From an uncultured Methanomicrobiales archaeon (GTDB lineage Archaea; Halobacteriota; Methanomicrobia; Methanomicrobiales; Methanospirillaceae): a stretch of DNA of 64,000 bases. The stretch covers positions 128,001-192,000 of the forward strand of contig CAVWXH010000003.1 in the NCBI GenBank assembly GCA_963758915.1, given 5' to 3'. Below the pieces are notes generated by a model, which worked only from the letters and a program-made list of their open reading frames with translations, was not told where the DNA came from and made no database searches. Below are positions 30,780 through 40,340 of the stretch, one piece after another (the first letter of the stretch is position 1; each line of letters opens with the position of its first letter). The position numbers were made by a program, and so were the translations under genes.

Positions 30780-31784
30780 TTAATATTTCCCGCCCCCCAT
30801 CCCAAGCGTCTTCAGGACCGTTGCTGTGCCGGAGGGATCTGATGGAGTGACCTGGGAACTGGTATCGCTAAAACCACCAATAATGTTCACCACGCTCTGG
30901 CCTGACGGGACGATAATCTTCGTATTCCTTTCAAGGGAGGCCTGGGTCACTTCCAGTTGCTTTAATTTTTGTGCATTTTCTATGAAATATTTATTCGCGG
31001 CCTCGTTTACAAGCCGGATTGACTCTGCTTTACCTTCCGCTTCAAGGATTGTCGCCTGCCTGATACCTTCAGCCTGCTTGATCGCGGCACGCCGCTGACC
31101 ATCGGCATTGGTCTCAGTAGCGGTGGCGAAATCGATTGCGGCAACTTTCTCATTGAGTGCTTTTACCACCTTGTTCATGGTTTCCTGCACGTCAGGTGGT
31201 GGCTGAATCTCCTTTAATTCTGCACGGACAATGTCGATACCCCATAATGACGTCTCTTTTTTAAGCGCTTCTGCAAGGTTGTTATTGATGGTATTCCGTT
31301 CACTGTTGGCTGTTTTTAAGGTCATTCCACCGATGATGTTACGGAGCGTGGTGCGTGCGAGCGATACGATCTGGTACTCGTAATTGAACACGTAGTACTG
31401 GGATGCCTTTACATGCACTTCGTCTTCCTTCACTTTGAAATAAATCTGGGCATCGACGAAGGCGTTCAGGTTATCGCTGGTGATGATCTCCTGCCGGTCT
31501 ACATTGACAAGCTTTTCAGTGATGTTCACCGAATACAGTTTCTGGATACCGGGGATAATCCAGTACAGGCCCGGCCCGCCATAACGCTGGTACTTACCGA
31601 GGAACTCGATAAGGATCCTGTGGGTCGGCCTTACGATCCTGATACCGATCAGGATATAACCTGTGATCAGGCCCGCAACTGCCGCCCACAAGAATGACGA
31701 TGTTGAGATATATACAAGGATTGCCACCGCAATTGCACCGGTGATGGCCATTACGCTGTTGCCGGTCAGAGTTTCATTTGCCAT
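30780..31784 (-). CDS. SPFH/band 7 (stomatin-like) membrane protein
   Basis: N-terminal TM segments, QEIITSDN, RTTLRNIIG, WGIDIVRAELKEIQPP and AEG repeats. Confidence 0.92.
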   Translation of the reverse strand: MANETLTGNSVMAITGAIAVAILVYISTSSFLWAAVAGLITGYILIGIRIVRPTHRILIEFLGKYQRYGGPGLYWIIPGIQKLYSVNITEKLVNVDRQEIITSDNLNAFVDAQIYFKVKEDEVHVKASQYYVFNYEYQIVSLARTTLRNIIGGMTLKTANSERNTINNNLAEALKKETSLWGIDIVRAELKEIQPPPDVQETMNKVVKALNEKVAAIDFATATETNADGQRRAAIKQAEGIRQATILEAEGKAESIRLVNEAANKYFIENAQKLKQLEVTQASLERNTKIIVPSGQSVVNIIGGFSDTSSQVTPSDPSGTATVLKTLGMGGGKY

Positions 31785-31994
31785 GATGTATCGTTCCAGT
31801 TATCTGGCATCATACTATACTAACTTCCCTGCCACCAGGTCTCTGGTCTGGCGGGTAATAACTAAAAAATACCCCTCTTTTACAAGGACGAAATTCCATT
31901 ACAGGTTACACATGGTCCCGTGCAGAAACCCACTGCAAACCGTTTCCTCAAAGAAGATATTATACATTGCGTAACAGACAAAAAAGGAGATAAT

Positions 31995-32605
31995 ATGAGA
32001 CCAACGAACCTTAAAAAGACAGGGTCTGCAGTATGCGTCCTGTTTGCCATACTCCTGATAGCAGCGATTCCGGTATCCGCTGCAGGGAATGATACACCCA
32101 TAATGATGTCAAGTCAGAATATGGAGGCCATCAAGGCCTACAACAATGGTGCCGATCTGGCATCATCCGGGAAATTACAGGAAGCCCTTGTTGAAACTGA
32201 AAAAGCGCTGGCAATCCAGCCGAATTTTACCCTCGCACTGACACAGAAAGCGGGAATACTTAATGTCATGGGAAAATACCAGGACGCTCTGGCTGCCACC
32301 GATGCGGCAATCTGCAGGGAACCCGAATGTAAGTGAGGCGTGGGCTAATCGGGCCGATGCACTGGTCCACCTTGGCAGGTACCAGGAGGCGGTAGATTCT
32401 GCAAGTCGTGCTCTCACGATCGATCCCACTATCGAAGGGGCGAAGACCACCAGGCTGGTGGCGACGAAAATGCTGGAGAATGGCGCGTACCTCCACGCCA
32501 ACACCCACGAGAAAAGCCCCGGTATCCCTGGTACCGGTAACTGGTGCACTTATTGTGGCCGGATACTGGTATACCTCCGGAAATGGCAGAAATAAAACCA
32601 AATAA
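31995..32605 (+). CDS. Secreted TPR protein with a C-terminal Thr/Pro linker and TM anchor (two frameshifts)
   Basis: Signal peptide, TPRs (AYNNGADLA..; AWANRADALVHLGRYQEA), and STPTPTRKAPVSLVPVTGALIVAG in the third frame. Confidence 0.75.
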
Positions 32606-32657
32606 AACCTTTATTTTAAAAAAGAAGATCACCCAACCCCGACACAGTCCAAGCTCC

Positions 32658-33608
32658 TTAAGCACCGCCTCTCCAAATTCCTTTGTCCCAGACAGATCCT
32701 CCAAGGTCCCGGGTCTTTATCCCCTTTGAAAATACCGTCTGAATCGCACATTCGATCGCATCCGACCCTGGATTATCCCCTGCATGCCGGAGCAGGAGCG
32801 CTGCACTCCGCAATGCTGCAACAGGGTTTGCCAGATTCCGGCCCGCAATATCAGGAGCACTGCCGTGGACCGGTTCAAAAAATGCATGGCGTTCCCCGAT
32901 GTTGGCACTGGGCAGCATACCAAGGCCACCGACGAGATACGCAGCAACATCCGACAGGATGTCCCCGAACATGTTCGTCGTCACGATAACATGGTACGAT
33001 GCCGGGTGGAGGAGCACATCCAGGCACAACGCATCAATGAGCCGGTCATTGCAATTCACCCCGGCAACCGACGCTTCGTGGAGGCATATGTCCCTGAAGA
33101 ATACGTCCGATTTCATCACGTTGGCTTTGTGGCCGATGGTCAGGGTCCTGCTCCCTGCAAGGTTGCAGGCAAACCGGGCGATACGCTCACATTCGTGGCG
33201 GGTAATGACCCGGAGCGTCGTCGCCCTGTCCACCCCCACCTCTTCGATCCCCGAGTAAAGACCTTCGATGTTCTCCCGCACAATGGTGATGTCAAACCCG
33301 TTGCCCTTCACCGGCCGTACATTGGCAAAGAGGTCGAGATCTTTTCGTATCCGAAGCAGCACGCTGCGGTAATCGGGAGCAGAAGGTGTTGTTATCGCAC
33401 CAAACAGGATGGCATCTGCCGATTTGAGCAATTCAAAGTCATCATCTCCCATCGCCTCGCCCGTCCGCTCCCACCGCTCGTACCCGACTTCCACCGGGAA
33501 TAATTCATACTCAGGGTGGAGCAGGGATAGCACATCCCTTGCAACGGGTATTACTTCCTTCCCGATACCGTCCCCGCATACGATTGCAACACTTCTGACG
33601 TTCGCCAT
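32658..33608 (-). CDS. aksF: Homoisocitrate/isopropylmalate dehydrogenase family protein (AksF)
   Basis: GDGIGKEV, LDLFANVRP, VRENIEGLY, HKANVMK, NMFGDILSD and FEPVHGSAPDIAG motifs; located in the aks operon. The 3' end is probably frameshifted. Confidence 0.85.
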   Translation of the reverse strand: MANVRSVAIVCGDGIGKEVIPVARDVLSLLHPEYELFPVEVGYERWERTGEAMGDDDFELLKSADAILFGAITTPSAPDYRSVLLRIRKDLDLFANVRPVKGNGFDITIVRENIEGLYSGIEEVGVDRATTLRVITRHECERIARFACNLAGSRTLTIGHKANVMKSDVFFRDICLHEASVAGVNCNDRLIDALCLDVLLHPASYHVIVTTNMFGDILSDVAAYLVGGLGMLPSANIGERHAFFEPVHGSAPDIAGRNLANPVAALRSAALLLRHAGDNPGSDAIECAIQTVFSKGIKTRDLGGSVWDKGIWRGGA

Positions 33609-34409
33609 TATTTCGATCTCCAGCCGTGTTACGAGGCCGTCGATGGCCTTGAGAATATCACGCGGCGTTGCACCCCAGTGGACAACCGCCCCGAATTTTC
33701 CATTATACCTGCCAATCCCGCCCCGTTCCTTCTGGCAGCACCGGGTGATGAACGGTTCTTCTGTGACAGTTCCGATGGGACAGATGTCGATCAGGGTAAA
33801 ATCATCCCCGTAACATTCCTGGTATATCCCGGAACTGGCCCTGCAGCCTGCTACCGTTTCACCACCAACCATCGGGTCTGCATCAAGAGTCCTCGGGAAA
33901 CCTGCCGCCCTGCAGGGGTGGACATCGGCACCGGTCTGCGAAATATCGGTGATATGGTGCACGAACCTGATATCAAGTTCCCCGAACAGCCCGATCGCCT
34001 CCAGCTCCTTTACCCGGTCTGACAGGACCGGGAGCGGGGGCTTCACGTCGTAGACATGAACGGTCAGCAGTGTTGCAGGGTCAGGGTCGAGCACGAATGT
34101 CACGTGTTCGTCGTGCCCGGAAAAGATAGTGCAGCGTCGCCCTGATTCCGTTGCAAGCCGGATGAGCCCGGCCCGGTTGGCGATATTGACCTGTTCCGGG
34201 TACCAGGTGACCTCATCCGCGGACGCTATCACTTCCTCGGCGATCACCTTCCTCATCAGCCCTTTTTCGGCGGGATCGGTTGTCACCCGGACGATCTCAT
34301 GGCCGGTACCAGTCTTGTGGATGAGGTACTGCGAGAGAAAATACACGCGTCTCCCGCACGGTTCCGTATCCGCATAGCCGATGTCTTTGTATTCACGGGG
34401 GAAGATCAT
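33608..34409 (-). CDS. Conserved Cys-rich hypothetical protein (possible metal/Fe-S binding)
   Basis: VYFLSQYL, HPC, AGC, DICP, RCC and VHWGA motifs. Removing one base at ~33625 gives ...TRWRSK* with a TAATG overlap onto aksF. Confidence 0.75.
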
Positions 34410-34879
34410 GGCTTCTTTGACCTCCAGAGGGGAACAAGCCCGCCTGCAAGAAGGATCTCCTTCATCCTTGCAGACAGGGGCCGGATTGGAGCACTGGAGC
34501 CTCCGCAGGAAACAACCCCTTTGTCAAGGTCAATGATCACCTCGTCGCCATCGGCACAGTGGCATTCCCCTTCAACAACCGGGAGTCCCACGTTTATGGC
34601 GTTACGGAAGAATATCCGGGAGAAGGAGGGGGCGACAACAGCCTGCAGCCCTGCTTCTTTAAGGGCAACGGCGGCCTGTTCGCGTGAAGACCCGCACCCG
34701 AAATTCCTGCCTGCAACAATGACCGATCCTTTGAGCCTGGCCCCGAGCGACGGGTCGAGGTCTTCGAATACATGTTCGACCCAGACCGTCCGGTCCTTTG
34801 TCCGGAGATACCTCCCGGCGATGATGACGTCGGTGTCGATATCGGGCCCAAGGCAGATCGCCTTCCCTTCAATGTGCAT
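34406..34879 (-). CDS. aksE: Homoaconitase small subunit (LeuD/HacB)
   Basis: DIDTDVII.GRYLRT (the YLRT loop is typical of homoaconitases), NFGCGSSREQA and RIFFRNAIN motifs. Confidence 0.88.
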   Translation of the reverse strand: MHIEGKAICLGPDIDTDVIIAGRYLRTKDRTVWVEHVFEDLDPSLGARLKGSVIVAGRNFGCGSSREQAAVALKEAGLQAVVAPSFSRIFFRNAINVGLPVVEGECHCADGDEVIIDLDKGVVSCGGSSAPIRPLSARMKEILLAGGLVPLWRSKKP

Positions 34880-34882
34880 GAT

Positions 34883-36091
34883 TCACGCCTCCGGGACGGT
34901 CAGGACGCCGGTCAGGGCGCTTGCTGCCGCCGTTGCAACCGAGGCGAGATACACGCTGCCACCAATACCCATCCGGTTCGTAAAATTACGGTTTGCCGTC
35001 GAGAGGCAGACTTCACCTTCCCCGATTACCCCCATATGTGCCCCGAGACAGGGGCCGCAGCCGGGTGTGCCGATCGTGCAGCCTGACGAGATAATGGTCG
35101 AGAGGACACCCGTATCGGCTGCTTTGCGGAGGACTTCCGCCGAGGACGGGATTACGATGGTCCTCACGTTCACCTTCTTACCCCGGACGATTGAAGCAAA
35201 ACGTTGTAAATCTTCAAAACGCCCGTTTGTGCAGGTACCGACAAACACCTGGTCAAGGGGCAGCCCTTCAAGCGATTCAACGGGTCTTGCCGAATCGACC
35301 CGTGGCGGCACGGCAACCACGGGGACAAGGTCCGACAAGTCAATCGTTATCTCTTTTCCATACGAGCAGTGCTCAGGTACCTGGTTTTCCACCCGGTGGC
35401 CGAACTGCAGGAGGTACTGGCGGGTCACGTCATCGGCATAAAAGAGGCCGGTTTTTGCACCGGCTTCAGTTGAAAGATTTGAAATGGTGAGCCGGCCTTC
35501 CATGGAGAGCGATTTCGTCCCGTCCCCGACATACTCTAATGCCTGGTAGGACGCTCCCTCCATGCCGAGCTGGGAAATAACCGTAAGGGCCAGGTCTTTC
35601 GCCTCAACCGGATAGTTCAATGTCCCTGACAGGTGGATGCCGATTGTTTCGGGAACACGGAACCACGTAGAACCCGATGCCCAGATGGCAGCCATATCGG
35701 TCGCCCCTACACCTGTTGCAAACGCACCGAATGCACCAAGGGTACAGGTGTGGGAATCGGCCCCGACCACGACCTCCCCGGGGAGCACCTCCCCTTCACC
35801 CATGAGCTGGTGACAGACACCGCCCCCGATATCGGAGAAATGGATCCCGTGTGACCTTGCAAACTCCCTGAGCTCCTTCTGGAGCGTCGCGGTAGTGCTG
35901 TTGTTTGCCGGGACGATGTGGTCGAAGAGGATATACAGTCGTTCCGGGTGCGCCGGGCCCGGGCAACCCATCTCCTTCCAGGCTTCGAGGGTGAGTACAC
36001 CGGTACCGTCATGCACGTATGCCCGGTCAACCTGTACATCGACATAGTCCCCGGCCCCTGCACCGAGGATCCGTTCGGAAAGCGTCCTCAT
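34883..36091 (-). CDS. aksD: Homoaconitase large subunit (LeuC/HacA)
   Basis: HDGT, DHIVP, GVCHQ, GADSHTCT, GTCTNGR, PGCGPCLG and STANRNF motifs. Confidence 0.9.
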   Translation of the reverse strand: MRTLSERILGAGAGDYVDVQVDRAYVHDGTGVLTLEAWKEMGCPGPAHPERLYILFDHIVPANNSTTATLQKELREFARSHGIHFSDIGGGVCHQLMGEGEVLPGEVVVGADSHTCTLGAFGAFATGVGATDMAAIWASGSTWFRVPETIGIHLSGTLNYPVEAKDLALTVISQLGMEGASYQALEYVGDGTKSLSMEGRLTISNLSTEAGAKTGLFYADDVTRQYLLQFGHRVENQVPEHCSYGKEITIDLSDLVPVVAVPPRVDSARPVESLEGLPLDQVFVGTCTNGRFEDLQRFASIVRGKKVNVRTIVIPSSAEVLRKAADTGVLSTIISSGCTIGTPGCGPCLGAHMGVIGEGEVCLSTANRNFTNRMGIGGSVYLASVATAAASALTGVLTVPEA

Positions 36092-37221
36092 GCCAGTGAC
36101 CCCTCTCCCTGGACTCTCTTAATCAGTTCAAGAAGGCGTTCGGGAGTAACCACCGTTTTGTGCTCCCCTTCAGTTTTCACCAGTTCAAGCACACGGCATA
36201 CCTGGCCTTTCGAAAGCTGGAACCCGAGTGCAGATACCACGTATTCGAGCGCCTTCGACCCGGTATGTTTCCCGAGAATGAATTTACGCTCGCCACCGAC
36301 CATTTCCGGGGAGAAATATTCGTACGTTTCCGGGTCCTGGAGAATTGCAGCGATATGGATGCCACTCTCGTGGGAAAACGCATGGGCACCCACGACCGGC
36401 TGGGTCCTTGCCACCGGAATATTGGATGCTTTTTCAACCAGTTTTGAGAGGTTCTGCAGGTGGGTGAGGTCATACCGTTCTACCCCTGCTTTCATGCGGA
36501 GGGCTACGAGAACAGACTCAAGGGGAGCGTTCCCCGCCCGTTCGCCAATGCCATTGACCGTTGTATGGAGCTGGAACGCCCCGGCCTCTGCAGCAGTAAT
36601 CGTGTTCGCCGCAGCGAAACCCATGTCGTTATGGCAGTGTGCACAGACCGGGACACGGACGGTTGATACGAGGTCCCCCATTACCTCGTACATCTCAAGC
36701 GGGGTGAGGCACCCGACCGTATCCGCAAAAGACAGGAGGTGGGCACCGTGGTCTTCACCCTGGCGAAATACTTCCTTTAAGAAACCACGGTCTGTCCGGG
36801 AGGCATCTTCAGCGGCAAACCGGACTGCAATCCCATGGTCGTGGACGAATTCAACGATACCAAGTGCCGCCGAAAGGACCTCCTCCCTTGGTTTTTTGTA
36901 TTTATGCCTGATATGGAGGTCAGAAGTTGCGATGAAAATACTGACCAGGTCTACATCGCAGTCTATCGCACACTCGGCGTCCTCTTTCCGGGCCCTTGCA
37001 AGGCAACAGACCCGTGCATCAAGGCCCATCGCTGCGATCTCGGTCACGCACTTTTTTTCTTCTGCTGATACGATGGGAAACCCGGCCTCGATTACTTCGA
37101 CCCCGACATCGTCGAGGACGCGGGCAATCGACTTCTTTTCATCGCAGGTGAATGATACACCCGGCGTCTGTTCTCCATCCCGGAGCGTCACATCGCAGAT
37201 TTCAACATTCCACGGTTTCAT
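36088..37221 (-). CDS. aksA: Homocitrate synthase (AksA; no LeuA regulatory domain)
   Basis: DVTLRDGEQTPG, HCHNDMG, GIGERAGN, HESGIH and LGKHTG motifs; ~377 aa. Confidence 0.88.
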   Translation of the reverse strand: MKPWNVEICDVTLRDGEQTPGVSFTCDEKKSIARVLDDVGVEVIEAGFPIVSAEEKKCVTEIAAMGLDARVCCLARARKEDAECAIDCDVDLVSIFIATSDLHIRHKYKKPREEVLSAALGIVEFVHDHGIAVRFAAEDASRTDRGFLKEVFRQGEDHGAHLLSFADTVGCLTPLEMYEVMGDLVSTVRVPVCAHCHNDMGFAAANTITAAEAGAFQLHTTVNGIGERAGNAPLESVLVALRMKAGVERYDLTHLQNLSKLVEKASNIPVARTQPVVGAHAFSHESGIHIAAILQDPETYEYFSPEMVGGERKFILGKHTGSKALEYVVSALGFQLSKGQVCRVLELVKTEGEHKTVVTPERLLELIKRVQGEGSLA

Positions 37222-38499
37222 GGTGTCTCCCTTCCGGACAGTTCCCTTCAATAATCACAACTACCGGCGATTCCCGGCGGACGAGAGTTTCCCGGAGGCG
37301 GGCTTCATCATCAGCCCGGCAGATTACGGGGTTGGCCCAGGCAATATAGGGGAGGATATCGTAGGCCTGCTGCCCACCGGTCATCCCCATGCAGTTGTTT
37401 TTCATTATTATGCACAGCAACGGGGTTTTTTTCTCAAACACGTCGATCAACGCAGGGAGCCCGGAATGAAGCAGTGCATAATCGCCGGTAAGTGCAACGC
37501 CCGTGCTTTTCGCAGCCACCCCGATTGAAGACCCCATGCCATAACTGACAAGGCTGGTTTTAAACGGCGGGTTCATGCAGAGGACGCAGCACCCTGCATC
37601 ACAGGTGACCAGAAATCCCCCGTTCGTCCAGGATCTTTATTGCCAGGATAAAGGGGCAGTCCTTGCAGAATGACCGGTAAAAACCACGGTCTTCCCTTCG
37701 CTCCGGTTCCGTGTATGCCGGGGGGTACCATCCTCCGGTGTTCCCTGACAAACGGTCTCCCAAGTTCTTTTACCTCTTTTAACCTGCCGAGCCCGCCGTA
37801 GGAGGATACACGGTAATTATTCTGGATATCTCCCCGGGAAGGGACTGGTTTATCCCCGGCCCCTGCAGCACCAACGAGGGCGGTTGTCCCGTTCATCCGG
37901 TTCAGTGGCGATTTTTCAGACCACTCACACATCGGTCCGAGCAGGTTTCTCGCCCGTTCAACCCTCCCTTTCATGGTGAGGTGTAACGGGGCAATCGTCC
38001 CGGTTTTTCCCTTTCTTTCGGCGTTCCCGGGGGTTACTTCTGCTTCGAGAAGGTCCGGGGTAAGGCGGAGGATCACGATCCTTGAAAATGATTCCGACGC
38101 CCTGAATGCCTCTTCTACGGCTTCGTGGATGTTATCCGGGCCGGGTTCTATTACCGGTACCTCGGCGAGTTCCCCGTAATATCTCGAGTCCTGGGCATTC
38201 TGGGACCCCTCGGCCACCGGGTCATCCCCGGCTACAATGACCACACCGGCGATAAGTCCCTGGGTAGTCGCCTCGACAAACGGGTCTGCACAGGCATTCA
38301 ACCCGACATTTTTGAGGATTACTGCGGCTCTCCTGCCGGAAAGCGAATCGCCAAGGGCATATTCTACTGCCACCTTCTCGTTTATGACCGATTCAGCACC
38401 TGTTTTTTCCAGCACCCCGCTGACAGGAAAACCGGGTACCCCGTAAAACCGGTCTGCGGCAGCAAGGAGTGCCTTCGTTATTGCATCTTCACCTTTCAT
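37202..38499 (-). CDS. ThDP-dependent enzyme, IorA-like but truncated (frameshifts at ~37600-37720)
   Basis: GVPGFP, INEKVAVEYALG and GDDP..GSQNAQDSR; the repaired junction reads FCKDCP...CDAGC; ThDP motif GDYALLHSG...KNN. No C-terminal ferredoxin domain. Confidence 0.8.
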
Positions 38500-39464
38500 A
38501 GCGGCTCTCCCGGGACGAGGTCACAACCCCTGCACCGGACACACATGGTCAGGGCGTTCCGGGGGTCCAGTCCTTCATCCTGTAATGCTTTTTCATGATA
38601 TCCGGCAATCAGGAGCATCCGTTCAGCACCCGGCCTGCTGGAGCCGGAAAATCCTGCAATCGGGTTCAATGGCCTGATAACAGGAATTACCCCCATTGTT
38701 GTGAGTTCCCTGATACATGCATCCATCTCTTCATCCGTCTCTCCAAGGCCGAGAATTACGTTTGAAAACACGTGGCCGCGTCCGAATAACTCTACTGACT
38801 TCTGAAGGACCCGGATAATGAGATCACGGTCATGGCCCGGGCATAATGAGGCAAACAATTCCGGAGTGGCGCATTCAAGGTTGAACTTTACTTCCTTTAC
38901 CCCGAGTCCGTGCAGGCGGCCGGGTGTTTGTTCTGTCGGGTAAATTGAGACCCCGATCGGGAGACCGAACACTGCCAGGTCACGGACAACCTCGCAGACA
39001 TACTCTTCTTCCTCGTAAATGTCGGAATATACACCGCTTGTTATGGAGATTGCATCAATCCGGTCTTTTATTCCATCGACCATGGCATGGATTTCCTCGA
39101 TTGATTTTCTCCGCTTTGGCAGGCGCGGGACATTGCAGTAACGGCAATTGAAGATACAGCCGCTGCTGACGGTAATATAGGCCTGTTCCGGGCAGTGCAG
39201 GCCAACCGGGTCAAGCCGGCCGGGCAGCACAATTTCACCATAACGGAGTGTTGCAGCCCCTTCACCTGCATGGATAATTTCAACGGGGCTTGTCTCTGAA
39301 CGTGCAAACCGCACCCTCATACCATCGGATGAAAAGAAGACAGACCCTTCTCCCCCTGCGCCCGGACCTGCGGATGAACTCGAAAGGTAAGGAGTCGCAT
39401 CTTTTCCGGTGAGCCGTGCTTTTCCAACGGCAAGGAGGGCTGCTTTTAATTCCTGTCCGTGCAT
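38496..39464 (-). CDS. Radical SAM protein (biotin-synthase-related) with extra Cys ligands
   Basis: GCIFNCRYC radical SAM motif, N-terminal HCP and C-terminal CVRCRGCD. Starts MHGQELK. Confidence 0.85.
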   Translation of the reverse strand: MHGQELKAALLAVGKARLTGKDATPYLSSSSAGPGAGGEGSVFFSSDGMRVRFARSETSPVEIIHAGEGAATLRYGEIVLPGRLDPVGLHCPEQAYITVSSGCIFNCRYCNVPRLPKRRKSIEEIHAMVDGIKDRIDAISITSGVYSDIYEEEEYVCEVVRDLAVFGLPIGVSIYPTEQTPGRLHGLGVKEVKFNLECATPELFASLCPGHDRDLIIRVLQKSVELFGRGHVFSNVILGLGETDEEMDACIRELTTMGVIPVIRPLNPIAGFSGSSRPGAERMLLIAGYHEKALQDEGLDPRNALTMCVRCRGCDLVPGEPL

Positions 39465-40340
39465 AAGGTCAGGGCCTCCTCGTATCTTCGTGTAAAACGG
39501 AATTGCCGCTACTGCACCAATGATCCCACGACCATTCCTCACGATCCGCAGGTTGATATCATCGATATCCAGGATCAATCCCTGCGTCACTTCGCCACGT
39601 TTCACCTTCCACGCGAATTCCAGGAGGTTTGAGGGGTCAAACCCCGTGTATACCGCCATGCCGGTATCTTCAGAAAGGGTATAGCGGTCCAGCAGTCCTG
39701 CAAAATGATCGACCAGGCGGGCAGGGTCCGATGATGCAAATTCGGCAACAATGCTGACACAGTTTTTTGTCCGGTACGGGACAGGGTACAACTGCACAAT
39801 CGTATGCGACAGGTAGCGGGACTGCTGGTCCTCAACAGCCCTCGCAATATTATGGACGAGTGTCCAGGTTGCCCCCTGTTCAGGTGTATCGGTATCGTCC
39901 ACGCCAATCAGGACACGCTGTCGCCTTGGCAGCCAGACTGTTGAACCGGCACGTTTTCCACCCCCGGAAGGGTCATTTGTACTTCGCGTAACACCCTGTG
40001 CATAGGAACGGCATATGGACGCACCGACACCACCGCCGCCAAGCCCTACGTAAGATACCCGGATTTCATCCTCATCAACGGAAACAGCACTTATTCCGGC
40101 CGGGAAATGTGAGCCCTCAAGTGCAAGGTCCGACTCCCCCGGGCGCAGCATGTACCGCATGGTCGGTCCGATATTCCTGGCAGAACGGACAAGCGGGCTC
40201 TGTGCATAATGGTGTTGTGCCCACATCGCACCCCCGGTACAATCGAAAAATTCGATCAGTTCGACACGTTCGCCGGCGGAATCCGCTACCGCGACAATCT
40301 GCGGGTACCGTATGATATACGGTTCAGGAAGGTTCACCAT
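39446..40340 (-). CDS. mmp11: Methanogenesis marker protein 11 (TiaS kinase-domain-like), paralogue 2
   Basis: IGVDDTDTPEQGATW, QLYPVPYRTKNC and GRGIIGAVAA motifs. Removing one A at ~39488 gives ...FYTRYEEALTLCTDRN*. Confidence 0.82.

Noticed and set aside
32658-34409. 583-aa hypothetical-AksF fusion
   Set aside because: A one-base repair gives ...RWRSK* with a TAATG stop/start overlap at 33606-33610.
34299-37528. Long plus-strand ORFs (34299-35441, 35918-37528; likewise 19490-20506 and 28735-29610)
   Set aside because: These are antisense shadows of well-supported GC-rich genes and show no recognisable motifs.
38496-40340. 614-aa Mmp11-radical SAM fusion
   Set aside because: Deleting one A at ~39488 restores a natural-looking Mmp11 end (FYTRYEEAL...*) overlapping the radical SAM ATG, so this is likely an artefact.
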